Assembly: GCA_040954595.2 (NCBI GenBank)
Contig: CM082585.2
Location: forward strand, 7,727,353-7,791,352
Source of the DNA: Balanoglossus misakiensis
Taxonomy: Eukaryota > Animalia > Hemichordata
Length of the DNA: 64,000 bases
Reading direction: 5' to 3'
Shown: piece by piece, positions 25,249-36,700 of the stretch
Layout of the letters: every line of letters begins with the position of its first letter
Numbering within the stretch: the stretch's first letter is position 1
Made by a program: the position numbers and the translations under genes
The notes under the pieces: model-generated
What the model was told of the DNA's origin: nothing
What the model saw: the letters and a program-made list of their open reading frames with translations, nothing else
The model's database searches: none

Positions 25249-25547
25249 CGGTTTAGCGGTCACGCGGACCGGCCCACGTTAACACACCTGGCCTGTCCCG
25301 CTGATTAAATTCGAATTCAACGCTACGCTGAACATGATTACACGACCGGCGATGAACACGCGTCGCCGCGTCTTGGCAACGCTTCCCCAGATGATCCGTT
25401 TTTAGTTGGGATTTCATTGCGTCCACGAGCGCCTTAACCCTTGTTAATTCGTCGACTGCTGCCGTCGTCAGGGACGCCATTGTTCGGCGACCCAAAGGTC
25501 AGGCGGGTTAGTCAGGGCCTGTGAGCCTCCAGTGTACCGCTAAATCG
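25249..25547. ncRNA. Candidate structured RNA or foldback element, family unknown
   Basis: Nested long-range complementary segments plus several internal hairpins found by eye (see findings). No recognised family motif. Confidence 0.35.
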
Positions 25548-27893
25548 TGATAGGAACCGAATATGACCTAATAAATCTCGCCATCATCTCACAGGATCAC
25601 AGACCGAAAACCCAAACACAAAACAAACTTCACTGGAAGCTACATGTTTGAAGCTATAATATTTAAAAGAGTACACACAGTCGAGTACTGAACTTTGTTA
25701 CAGACTTCCTCACATACCGATACTTGACCGACAATCCGTCACAGAATCCACAACATTTAGGAAAACAAATGCCAACAGAGATACATTAAAAGCATTAACA
25801 GTATGTAGGCCTTGATATTACTTTATGTCGATCCATCCTGGGTCAATAACTGTTCATTTTACGACCTGGCCGCAGCATTCATGGCGAAATTGCAGGTTGT
25901 TAAAGTTGGAGTGTTTCGGATTGATCGCGTCCTTTCAGAAGTACAATGCACTATGGTTTAAAGCGTGTTTGTACTACTACGAGATATTTACACGTGAAAG
26001 AAATGCAGCAGTGAATATTTACCGAAAAGTGAACCCAGGTTCTATGAAGTGAAAATTAGTCCGGTCCGAGGGTATAAAGGTCGTGGGAGAGTCTACACTG
26101 CAGAAATGTGCAAAAACAAACGATATCCCATTTCTTCAATTTGAGAATATATATTTCAAATTTCTTATTCATCATAACACGCGTTAACTTATCTAGTGGG
26201 AATTTTAGATTCTACACGTCCAAATCAAAACGTTTATAATCTGCACAAAAACATAAAGAAAATTGCAAAATATTATCAAATCTTGCAAAACAATTCAATG
26301 GTTGTACGCGGTCCGAAAACACGTAATACTATATTAGAGTAGAATTTCAGTTGGACACAATGTGCTATTAAATCGCCATTATTGAGCTCTCAAAGGATTG
26401 AAAAATCACACCTCGGCTTCTTTGATCGCCATGGCTATAAAACCCGCCCACCGCCAGTTAAACGGTGTCATTTTCGATGTTGCAGAACTCCTGGGAGAGG
26501 GCCGGCTGTGACCCTACGTGTTCGGTTTGTCCGTAGACAAACACCGTGATATTACTGGCGATTTTCGGGGGAAGGGGGAATGGTTAAATTTCTACATTCA
26601 CAACACGAATACGTAAATTTTCATGACTGTTTAAAAAGGCTCATTTGTGACCAAGTAAAATACTTAAACGTCTGATCACATTAACTTTATATTTTATGGG
26701 TGATCTCTCATTCACGCGATTTCTGTCACCAGAATACACGCTGTGATCAAATACGCTCATTTGTCACGGTGTCAACAGCGTGAAATTGCATGCATTACCC
26801 CGGAGAGGAGACGCGTTGAATACCGTCCTGACAACAACAACCCACCCATCGATCGAATGGCATCGACCGGTCGCCCCGGAGTCAAGCCAGATTTGCCGTT
26901 TCCATGACGATGATCGATTTCCTATACCTGCAACGCTGGTTTCGTCTCGTAGGAGTGCCCCCCCCGCATAGACCCGCCAGAGATTTCAACAAAGGGGAAG
27001 ACGTTTCACATCTCTGAAGTGTTTGTTTTTCCCTTGCTATGCTGGGTGCTGGGTTCTCATCTTTCGCAAGACACGCACGTAGTGCCATGGGTGTGAAAAT
27101 GTTAGCGGAGGAATTGTAAGTAACGTGTCCCTATACACGACGTACACTACACCCAGGGACAACACCACCTTCAGGACGTGCTCTCTTATTCATGTTATTT
27201 ACGCTTGTCTGTGACAGCATGGAGCGACAACAGATGCCTTTCTTGTGCACACGTTTTACAGTATGTACTAGCTATAGCAAACAACCCCCGACGCGAACGT
27301 TCTTCAAAAACGCTCTAGGTATACTGCGATGTGATTTGAATACAGACAAGCGTCACGAGTTGAGCGCGATATCACGAAAAAGATTAGATTTTATCCAGTC
27401 CTAAAGGACATACAATCTTCTCTTATCTCCGACCCTCCATGCTCCGACTAATAACGACCTGGGGATTTCAAGAGTTGGTGCCGAGCACAATCAACCGAAA
27501 CGACGTTGTCGCTTAGTGGAGAACGACACGTGACATGTGTACTATACGCAGCGAGGTCACCTACACAAAACGAGTTTGTTCCCTCAACCCCTGAAAAAGT
27601 GCGACCGACAGAAATTACATTCAGCGAGCGTGTGTTGATCTTCTTGTAAGGCGACATTAGCAGCTAAACGGAAAGGGACAATTGTAAATGCGTGAATTGG
27701 TTTTTGTGTGGCATAGCGTAATTTGCACTCTGTGGACAAAAGAAAGAACTGCATGTTTTCCATCTCATATAAAGGGTTATTTTTATCCGAGGCTCTCGAA
27801 ATGTCATCAATTTCAGGTAATAAGACGATATACACTGTGAAATGCTACATGGCCAGGCATAAAAAGGAGTTATAAAATCACGAGTTTGGCAAA

Positions 27894-30800
27894 ATGGCAG
27901 ACGAGTTCTACATAAACAGGGTAAGGCCAGAAATCGAATTTTCACATACAACGTCTGTCTGTCTGTTATCCAATATACTTTTACCTGTAGTACTAGCAGC
28001 TCGACCAAAGACTCTACTTTTCTCGCTATGTGTACGATATGCGTTCCCATTGCCAACAGATTACATCCCACGAGTTTCTACGTCAGACACTCATTTCATG
28101 CTCGCGGTGGTACAACATTATATAACTTACTCAACACGTCCACACAGTTCTATTCTTATCTGGGTCTAAGCAAATGGCTCTTGCATTGTACTGTATTACT
28201 AAAGTTACGTATATCGTTTGACGCAGACCAGCTTAGACAACAAATACAATACAATGTAGAAAGTAAAGACTGATTTGTTTGTGCTTACTTTAAGATATTC
28301 CCTTATAAAAAATAAAAAAGCACGTATGATATAACATGTCGTCTAATTTCCCTCCACAGGGCTACTATTTTGAACCTGCTCGTCGAAGTAACACCGACGC
28401 CATTTCTCTGCCGAAGATCGCTGCCGGTCGAAACACGCGGAGCGCGAAGACATTATGGAAGGACCACGAACACGTGAAAATACAAGGTTCGGTCGACAAG
28501 GTGAGCTAGAGATTCTTACGTGGTTTTGATAACAAAATAATATCAATAAAGATGGGAAATTTATAACCATGTCGCGTTTTCGCCTCCAGATGAGGGCCAT
28601 ACAAGACAGAGGCCCCGATCTCTACATTCCAAAGTTTCCTAAGCCTCTAAAGACGTGGCCGATACAGATGGTACCCATGTACAAAGTGTTGCACGCTCCG
28701 TCGCGGTTCGGCACGCCGAGACACGACACTAGAGACCTGTACGCCACCGCCACCGACCTGACCAACGCCATTAGAAACGTGAACGATAACACAAGTTACA
28801 AGGTGAGTTGACGCAGTGGCTGCTTCGGAGAAAACATTTTTTGTTTGCATTTATCACTTTAGGTGAAGAACGTGAATTTTATCACTGATGAAAAACGTGC
28901 AACGACAACAGATAAACTGACGATCAATCCACGATTTTCTCTCTCCGCTCGACAACCAGAGTCTCCGGACATTGCATCACACAAGACGCCAACCCTTCTC
29001 GTACACGCGGGATGAAGGCGAGACTTTCGACCCGGGCAAACTCCGGTGGCGCTCGGCCAATTCCGTGAAGCCCTCGTACACCCCGAGGAGACTCGAACCC
29101 TTGATCGTCGGCCGGCGCACGGATTCCCCGAATGGCTACGCCAGTTTCCCACCGGACAGAAAGACAGTCAACTCGCCCGTTGATAAACCGAAAAAGTTGG
29201 GTATGTACAGAATTTTCAGCAGTTTATGCCCTAGGTCCATATTCATTAACGTGGTACATACATGTACACATTCTTATTGGAAATGGGAGTCTCTCGCGGA
29301 CCCAAAGGTGAACTCGCTTCTCAATTTAAACTATCAGAATGAAGACTTAATAAAGTTGCTTTCACTTACTTTCAGGACGAGGAGAGGCGTCTTTCCTCGA
29401 ACTTTACAGAAAACGAAAGTTGTCGATGGATAGCGAAGACGACCGCCCCGCACCCGTCGGGTACGCCGCCGGAGAAAGCAAGGAATCTTTCCGATGGAAC
29501 CTCGGCGACAGCAGCGCGGAGGACAGCGGTACACTACTCAGTCTCGGCTCCTTCAGTCCCGACATCAAAGCGCAAATCGACGCCTACTTCGCCGAGAAAC
29601 TCCGGGAAGAACAAGAAGCGTACAATGCGGCGTTCGGCTTATCCGAAGATGCGGCGAACAACCGAGGCGAGTCAAATGTGGAAGGCGAGGTTGAGGGCGT
29701 TGCAGAGAGTAGAGCACACGTCGACGGGACGGCGGAAGACGGGCGGGATTCTGCATCGAAACGGACAGATATGACGGACAACCAAAACAGAGAAGAAAAT
29801 GTTACTGAACAAAACGCGACTAATACAAGTAGCGATAATGTAGACACTCGGCAAGCCACAAACGACTCTAAGGAAACTCGCGATCTGAACGAAAGCATTG
29901 ACAATCAACAGGTCAATCAATCTGCTGTCGCAGCTGGTGACGAAGGAGTTTTGAATGACACTAATGCTGCGTCGCTAGAGAGCGTAGTGAACAAAGAAAG
30001 CGGGGACGGTCAAAGTGAAACCAGTGGCGACGGAGAAAAGCGGATAACTCCAGAGGGTGCGCCGCAGGTCGGCGAAAACAAGGAAGGGGATTCGCCGGAA
30101 AAGGATGAAAGTCAGGAAATTGGAGATATTCGAAACACGGCAGACATAAGAGAGACAGAAGAAACTGAAATCGGCATTGGCGAAAATCTGGAGAGAAATG
30201 TCGACGATGATAACGAAAACGGACCCGTCATCATCGTTGTGGACGAACAGGGAGCAAACGAAGGAAATGATGATAAACATACTGTAAATGGAGAACATGA
30301 AAATGAAACGAGCGGTAACCAGGGCGAAACTGCTCAAGACCCCGATGAACAGGGGGAAACCGTCGACAATGAAAGCGAATCAGGGAAAAAAGTTGAAGAT
30401 CCGGACAATCCCTCCATAAACGGAGGTCCTCAAATTGACTCAGGTGACGCTGTGAACGAAAGCATTGATAATGATAGCAAAGGCGGAAAGGTAAACATTG
30501 CCGATAGTGACGATGCCAAGAATGTGCCAATCGAGACTGATGGCGGAATCAAAGAGACAGATGACCTAGCCAACGCGGAAGGTCAGTTAGAACCACCAGA
30601 GGAAGTTGAAGAGGACCTTCCGGAACTTGACGGAGAGGAAAAGTCCGACAGCAGCGGGGACAGTGATGAGCTGAAAGATTTGATCAGTAGCAACGGAGAA
30701 GTCAATAATGCTGAAACGGAAGAGCAGGACCCCAAAGTCGAGGCTGAAGTAATAGAGAGTGACGTCATTGGGCAGGGAGGTGATGTGGAGCATAGGCAGG

Positions 30801-31177
30801 AAACGGAGATTGTGGAAAATCACACAGACGATGCAAACAATCTCGAAGAAGACGACGACAATCAGGCAACATCCGGGGTAACACCCGGCAACGAAGGAAA
30901 AATTCAAAACGGCGAGGATGGTGGATTGGTTGCGGAAGACGGTGTGCACATTGACGGACAGACAGAAAGGAATGAGGATTTGGACGTTGACCTCGGTGAA
31001 CCCAATTCGGCGGAGAACGATGCCGGAATCCCAAGCAAGGAAGGCGACAGCAAATCTGACGAGTCGGTAGATGCTGGTGAGGGGCGCGTTGACGAAACTG
31101 AAGGGGCTATAGTCGCGAACGAGGACACACGGGGGAACGACGACACGAAAGCAGACGACAATCAACCGACGGAATAA
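27894..31177 (+). CDS. Uncharacterised protein of about 800 aa with a basic N-terminal region and a ~590-aa Asp/Glu/Asn/Gly-rich low-complexity tail
   Basis: Phase-consistent GT-AG exons 27894-27920 (MADEFYINR), 28360-28500, 28590-28802, 28960-29200, 29376-31177 (TAA). The last exon contains the 585-aa ORF. No family was recognised. Confidence 0.75.
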
Positions 31178-31779
31178 TCGTGTTGTTTTGATACCCGTAA
31201 GTGGATGTCATCTGACAAAAAAAATCAACGAAGCTCAGGAACATGTGAAGAAGGGACAAAAAGTGGTGCTGAAGATGACGATAATCATTACTACTCGATT
31301 TTAATCTATCAAACTCTGAATGTTGCCATAGACATTAAAAATCACCATTTTCTACAGAAATCGAAAAAAATGTATATTTTTTGTAGCATGAAGTCATTTA
31401 CGTACGATATTCTGTTCCAAATAGACATGGGATTTATCCAACCACACTGACGTGACTCCGAACGAGCGCCACCAACGATGATGATGACCTAAAACCTACG
31501 TTCACCTGACACCAGTTCAACGTTCGTTCACAACCAATTGGAATGATAATCAAATTAGACATAGAACGTTCAAGCCCTTTCATCTAATTTGTCTTGGAAG
31601 GAACGTGTGAAGACTACATCATAATGGCAGCAACAGCGACGGAGTTCATGTATACGAGCGAGACCAGGACTTGACACACGAGTGCCGCTGAAATGCCCGT
31701 TACTCTTTCTTTGTATAGTGGAAATTAAAGACTATCAGTATTTACATTAAGAACGAGATGTCCACATCAATTATTACAT

Positions 31780-31782
<3 letters not shown>

Positions 31783-31818
<36 letters not shown>
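31783..31818. repeat. (CA)n microsatellite
   Basis: Directly visible. Confidence 0.95.
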
Positions 31819-31819
<1 letters not shown>

Positions 31820-32080
31820 TAACATACTCACATACATACAATGCATTCGAACTTTTCCCCAAAAACTCTTTATTTACAATGATATCGCCTTTTGGAATGT
31901 CTTCTCGACGAACAGAAATAAGAATTACAAAAATTACATGATTTTGTAATATTTTGTCCTTGCCATTTCTAGTCCGACAGCCTAAACCATATTTTTTTCT
32001 TTACAAAATAGTAAAAGTTATTCAACTCTGCCAACAAATTTAGTTTCTCTAAAAATGAAGAGTTCAAGGAAAGGAATAAT

Positions 32081-32552
32081 AAACAAGGGTCACCGTTGCT
32101 TTCTCATTGGAAAGTCGGGTATGGGAACAAAAACAGTTAACACCGAACATTTGAAAACGAGCCAGTCTCTGCTGGAAACATTAGAAATTAAGTTTGAAGA
32201 AGATAAAACTTGCGTCAAATTGGCCGCTTCCGTCGTAGCCTTGCTTGAACGAAATTGAGGGGCACGTGCAAGTCATGGTTCACTGTCTTTGTTCTAAAAT
32301 TGAACGAAATTGGTCATAGCATGTCGGACTTACAGACAGGCAAAGAATCGTAACAAAACAATGAGACCACAATGGATCGCATCACAAAACAAATCGACGT
32401 GCATATGTACCTCAGTGCATTGTCCAAGTACCACATTTGAGTGAAATTGCCTCAGGCAAGGCCTGTGGACAGACAGACAGACGCACAGCAGGACGCACGG
32501 ACGGCCCTGGCCCGATCCACGAGTTCCCTGGACTTAGTCCCTGGATACTAAT
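32081..32552 (+). mobile_element. Putative non-autonomous Helentron/HINE-like element in the BCOR 3' region
   Basis: Internal direct repeat TTGAACGAAATTG (32245 and 32300), a GACA/GACG microsatellite (32467-32503) and a short terminal palindrome GGACTTAGTCC (32530-32540). This layout resembles DINE-1/HINE-type elements. Boundaries are approximate. Confidence 0.4.
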
Positions 32553-33797
32553 GATGCGAAGCAAATGCTTAATATTCATGATTTTTAAATCATCGGAGTC
32601 TCTGATTGGATGAAAATTCCGATTAAGGCAGTGCTATTTTAGTAGGAAACAGAAGGAAAAAAATAATAATCTATAGCTTTAACTTATTTTAGGGTCATTT
32701 TAAAATTTGGAAATATATAGAACAACTTTTATAGAAAACAGAAAACTCAACCTCAATGAAAATAGAACTGGTTTCCTATCCTGTTCGAATAGGTACTCGA
32801 GAATGGAAAACTAGTTTAACTATCAACAATCGTGTGAAACAAACTCTGCACGATCTGCCTGAAGTTTCCGTTTAATAATCTCTTGTTTCGATGCGGTTAC
32901 CGGTCTCTCCAATAACCGCGTTAACGATATGATGTCAACATGTTCTGGTCCTCCGAACGAGGGTATCCACGCACGCGTAATTCATCCGTTCGGCTTTTCC
33001 GCATTTCCGCATGCACGCAGTAAAACTGTCACTCTCTCCGCGGTAAAGAATATCCCTTTCCGTCCCAATATAAAGGCGGACACGACCTGTGCTCCACTCC
33101 AGTCGGGGTTCCTTGAAGTCCAACGCGTAAAACACTCGATGTAGCACCATATTAAATTCCTCTGTCGTGATACACAACAAAAAATTCCTTTCCCCCGCCA
33201 CGCTCCAAGAAAGTCCAAACGCCTGGTCTCCGAAGTCGAGAATCACAGCGTCTGCTTATGCGTCACAAGAAATGTGCGTTTTCTTCTTCCACTGGGTGGG
33301 TACAAGTCCCGTTTCAAACATGGCGGCCAATACACAAAATCAACCTTGGCATGTTCCGTATACACACAAAGCCCTCACACGTCAGCAATCGACTTTTTTA
33401 GTACTGTCCGTATTTGGTGTTGGCGGTAATCCTGATGCAAATTGTATGTGTTTATGTACAGTATACACAGACAAGAGACCTGCTCCACACTCCCTCGCAA
33501 GACTGTATAGTTGTAAATATTGACACGAGTGACACACGACGCCAGGCCCTTTAGAAGTCTCAGCTTCCCCCCGGCAAATGCCATGGAACAGCCGATTACA
33601 CGCAACGTGACGCGTTTGGTAGGCATATCCCACTGCTGATAAAGCGTGACCATGGTATACAATGGCGCTGATGTACTCACTCACCGTTATTTGTGTCGGC
33701 CAATCCCGCTCAACGGCGATCAAAGATCACTAAACAGTGGTTATCAACTCACTCCATTAATTCTCCAAAGTGCTATGTACATACACTATAAGTTGTG

Positions 33798-36700
33798 CTA
33801 CGCTGTGTCGTCATCGTCATCACTACCATCGTCATCATCATCGTCACCATCATCATCACAGCGTTTCCTAGGCGACCGCCTCCGCCCCGCCATCTCGTTA
33901 TTGTTCGCCTCTTTCATGCGCACGATCTCGATGCCGAGCAGCTCCCGTACTTGGTCATTGAGTTCAACCAACTCCAGCGTCTCCTCCTTCCCCCTCTTGG
34001 TGACGCTGGCGGGCGGCGCGATCACCTGGCTGCGCGTCGCGCGCTCAAGCAGCTCCCCCACCGTCAGAGTGGTGATGGGGACGCGCCGGTGTTTCATGAG
34101 GAACTCGCGATGTGTGAGGGCGGCCCTCTGCAGTACGTCACTGAGCAACAACCAGTTGCACGGGCTGTGAATATAAAAAGGGCAAAAGAACATATTTAAC
34201 GGCATTGAAGGAAAATCGACTACAGTAACTGTCAATAAAGTACTAATGAAATCTAAAACAGACATTACTCTGACTGACAAAACGTTTTCATCTCTGTAAT
34301 ATGATCACAGCACAACACATGTAAACTAGAACATTTTCTTAGAACCATTGTGACCATTTCCCCCTCTTTCTAGAAAACATTTTGTGCACTCTCGCTGACA
34401 ACCTATCCGAGGGACACGCCACACGTCACGTAGACATCTCCTCTCGCGCGAAAACACGGATATCGCTTACCTCTGTGAATCGCACGCCTGGAAATAGTAG
34501 GTTGTTGGGTGGGGTTTGTCGCTAAGTTCCAACAACGGCTCGTCGGCTTCGGACGCCGAGTCGTCTGGAATATCGCCGAACAAGTCGAAACCAGGTTCTT
34601 CCGGGTCATCTGAGAATGCCAAACACGAGAAAAAATGTTGGGTTTGAATGCAAAGATATCGGTGTTATATGCCGAGCTTCGTCAACTACGTTGGCAGAAT
34701 CCGGTTCGGCAAAACGAGCACCTTTCCGGGTGAGGGCGTTGTTCCACTCGACAACACATGGAAGGACGAGAGTGGTAAATATCCTTTACCTAAAATACTA
34801 CAGGATCCACTGAAATACCAATCAAGGTCAAGTTCCTCCTCTAGGGCGTCGTCGTCGTCTTCTTGGTCCTCGATTAACTCGCCGTTAACGTCCATCAGAT
34901 GACCTGTAAATATGACAATTAGAAGGGTCAGCGTGGCCATTTTGTTCATTAAAACAGTGTTAAATAGCGGCACGGTCACTTGACCGTGATAGTGGTGATC
35001 ACCGCGCCACTCTCACCGAGAGCAGTGCGTGTAACTCAGCATATCATGTCGCCCTCTATTAACCATAACTGAGTAGATAAAGATGGAATACACAGAAAGC
35101 GGAACAATGACGCCTTGCGGTCGTCAGCTGGAGGCGGAAGGCTTTTATAGCAACGTGTGCAGTTTTCCGATCCGCATTAATATGCGAGGCACGTTCCCGC
35201 GTTTACAAAAAAATGCTATACATTGCATTGGAACTTTACGTGGAATTAGAAAACAGGCTACGCCCGGCGAACAAAATTAAACACGTCTCGGTGACGTCAC
35301 AAACTACATGTATCACGTCACGGAAAGCTGCGACGACTCAGTGTGTCCTTATGAACTTATCAGTGTTCAGAGAGACTTTACGCCGAATCGAACCAATAAG
35401 AGGGGTTTTAGAGATGAGAAAGCGCAAAAACAAAACGCCACTGCTGGCCCTGAGGGACCCACTGACCTTTGATTAGCGTCTTCATCTTCTCGCTGCGAGC
35501 AATCTTCATCGGCGTTCGACCAGAATATGTGGCAAGCAGTGGATCGGCGCCGTAGGACAACAACAGCCGTACAATCTCCAACTGGTCGTTCTCCACCGCA
35601 TCGTGTATCGGCCTAAAATACAACAAAGCAGACGACATTAGACGATATAAAGCTTTATAAACAACATCGTGCAGACAACGGAATAACTCTCATATGAATT
35701 CACAGAAAAGACAAGGGGGGTTTGCAGTCTACTGTAGTTTTGGTGCTTGTGGGTCATGTCCTACCTGGTCCCGTCCGACGCACTGCAGTTGACATTGGCG
35801 CCGAATCGAAGCAGGTGTTTGGCTATGGCCAGGCGCCCCCTGACGCAGCATTCGTGAAGGGCGGTGTAGCCAGCGTTGTCCTTCACGTCCACCTGCACGA
35901 CGCCGTTCTCGATGCAGTACAGGGCGACCTCCTGTTAAAAAGAATATAAACGAATGGGTATTATGTTGCCGTGTTTTATCGGCTCTGATATTACCTTGTG
36001 AAACGTCGATAGGGTAATTTGATTCACGGCGGGAAAATGCGAGATGCACGGTCAAGGGTTCATGGCCAAGCCCCGAAGCATATACATGTACATGTAAAAG
36101 CAGGGACAGAGAGAGACCCGGTACTCTGTGTTTGAAATAATTTATATCACTCATCACAACGTGCAATTCTTGATAAGAATACAATATCTGTCACTGAAAT
36201 AACTGTCCAACGGGTACGTGTGCTTTAAAGGTGTGTGTGTCGACTCTGTTCATGATCACTGCTTGCGGTATGAATGACAAAAATGTTGCGTTGCAGCTGT
36301 GCTGTTATGTAACACCTATATCGATTGTATAAATGGCCAAGATACAGACACCCGCCCTTACAATTTACAAACTCCAGTATTTGCTCGGGTCTGGTGTCGC
36401 CGGAATCGAACACCAGGAACCGGAGGTATGACAACGACTGGCCTCTCACAGAATCGGGTCACATAAATTACCGTCTGGCGGTGGCTTAGGTTACGCTCGA
36501 CTCTCCTGATGATTTATTCACAAAAAGAAGTCGGGCCTGCTTGTTTGATTGCGACCAGCGAAAGGATTTATAACCCTCGCGAATTGGCAGCATTGGGACC
36601 CGCGGTCACTTTGAATTCCGGTCGTCGTTTCTGCTTGCCTTCGAGAGCACGGGGTCACCGATTTAGGAGATAGAATGAACTGGCATGGTTCGAATATGCA

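Noticed and set aside
25419-25477. Hammerhead ribozyme on the minus strand (helix followed by CTGACGA)
   Set aside because: GAAA does not directly follow stem II and there is no UH cleavage triplet before stem I, so it is not a canonical hammerhead.
25435-25511. Telomerase RNA template (TAACCCT on +, CTAACCC on -)
   Set aside because: The matches are only 7 nt and partly inside helices, and no pseudoknot, CR4/5 or H/ACA elements were recognised.
29565-31165. Minus-strand ORFs opposite the acidic exon
   Set aside because: They are antisense shadows of a low-complexity coding exon.
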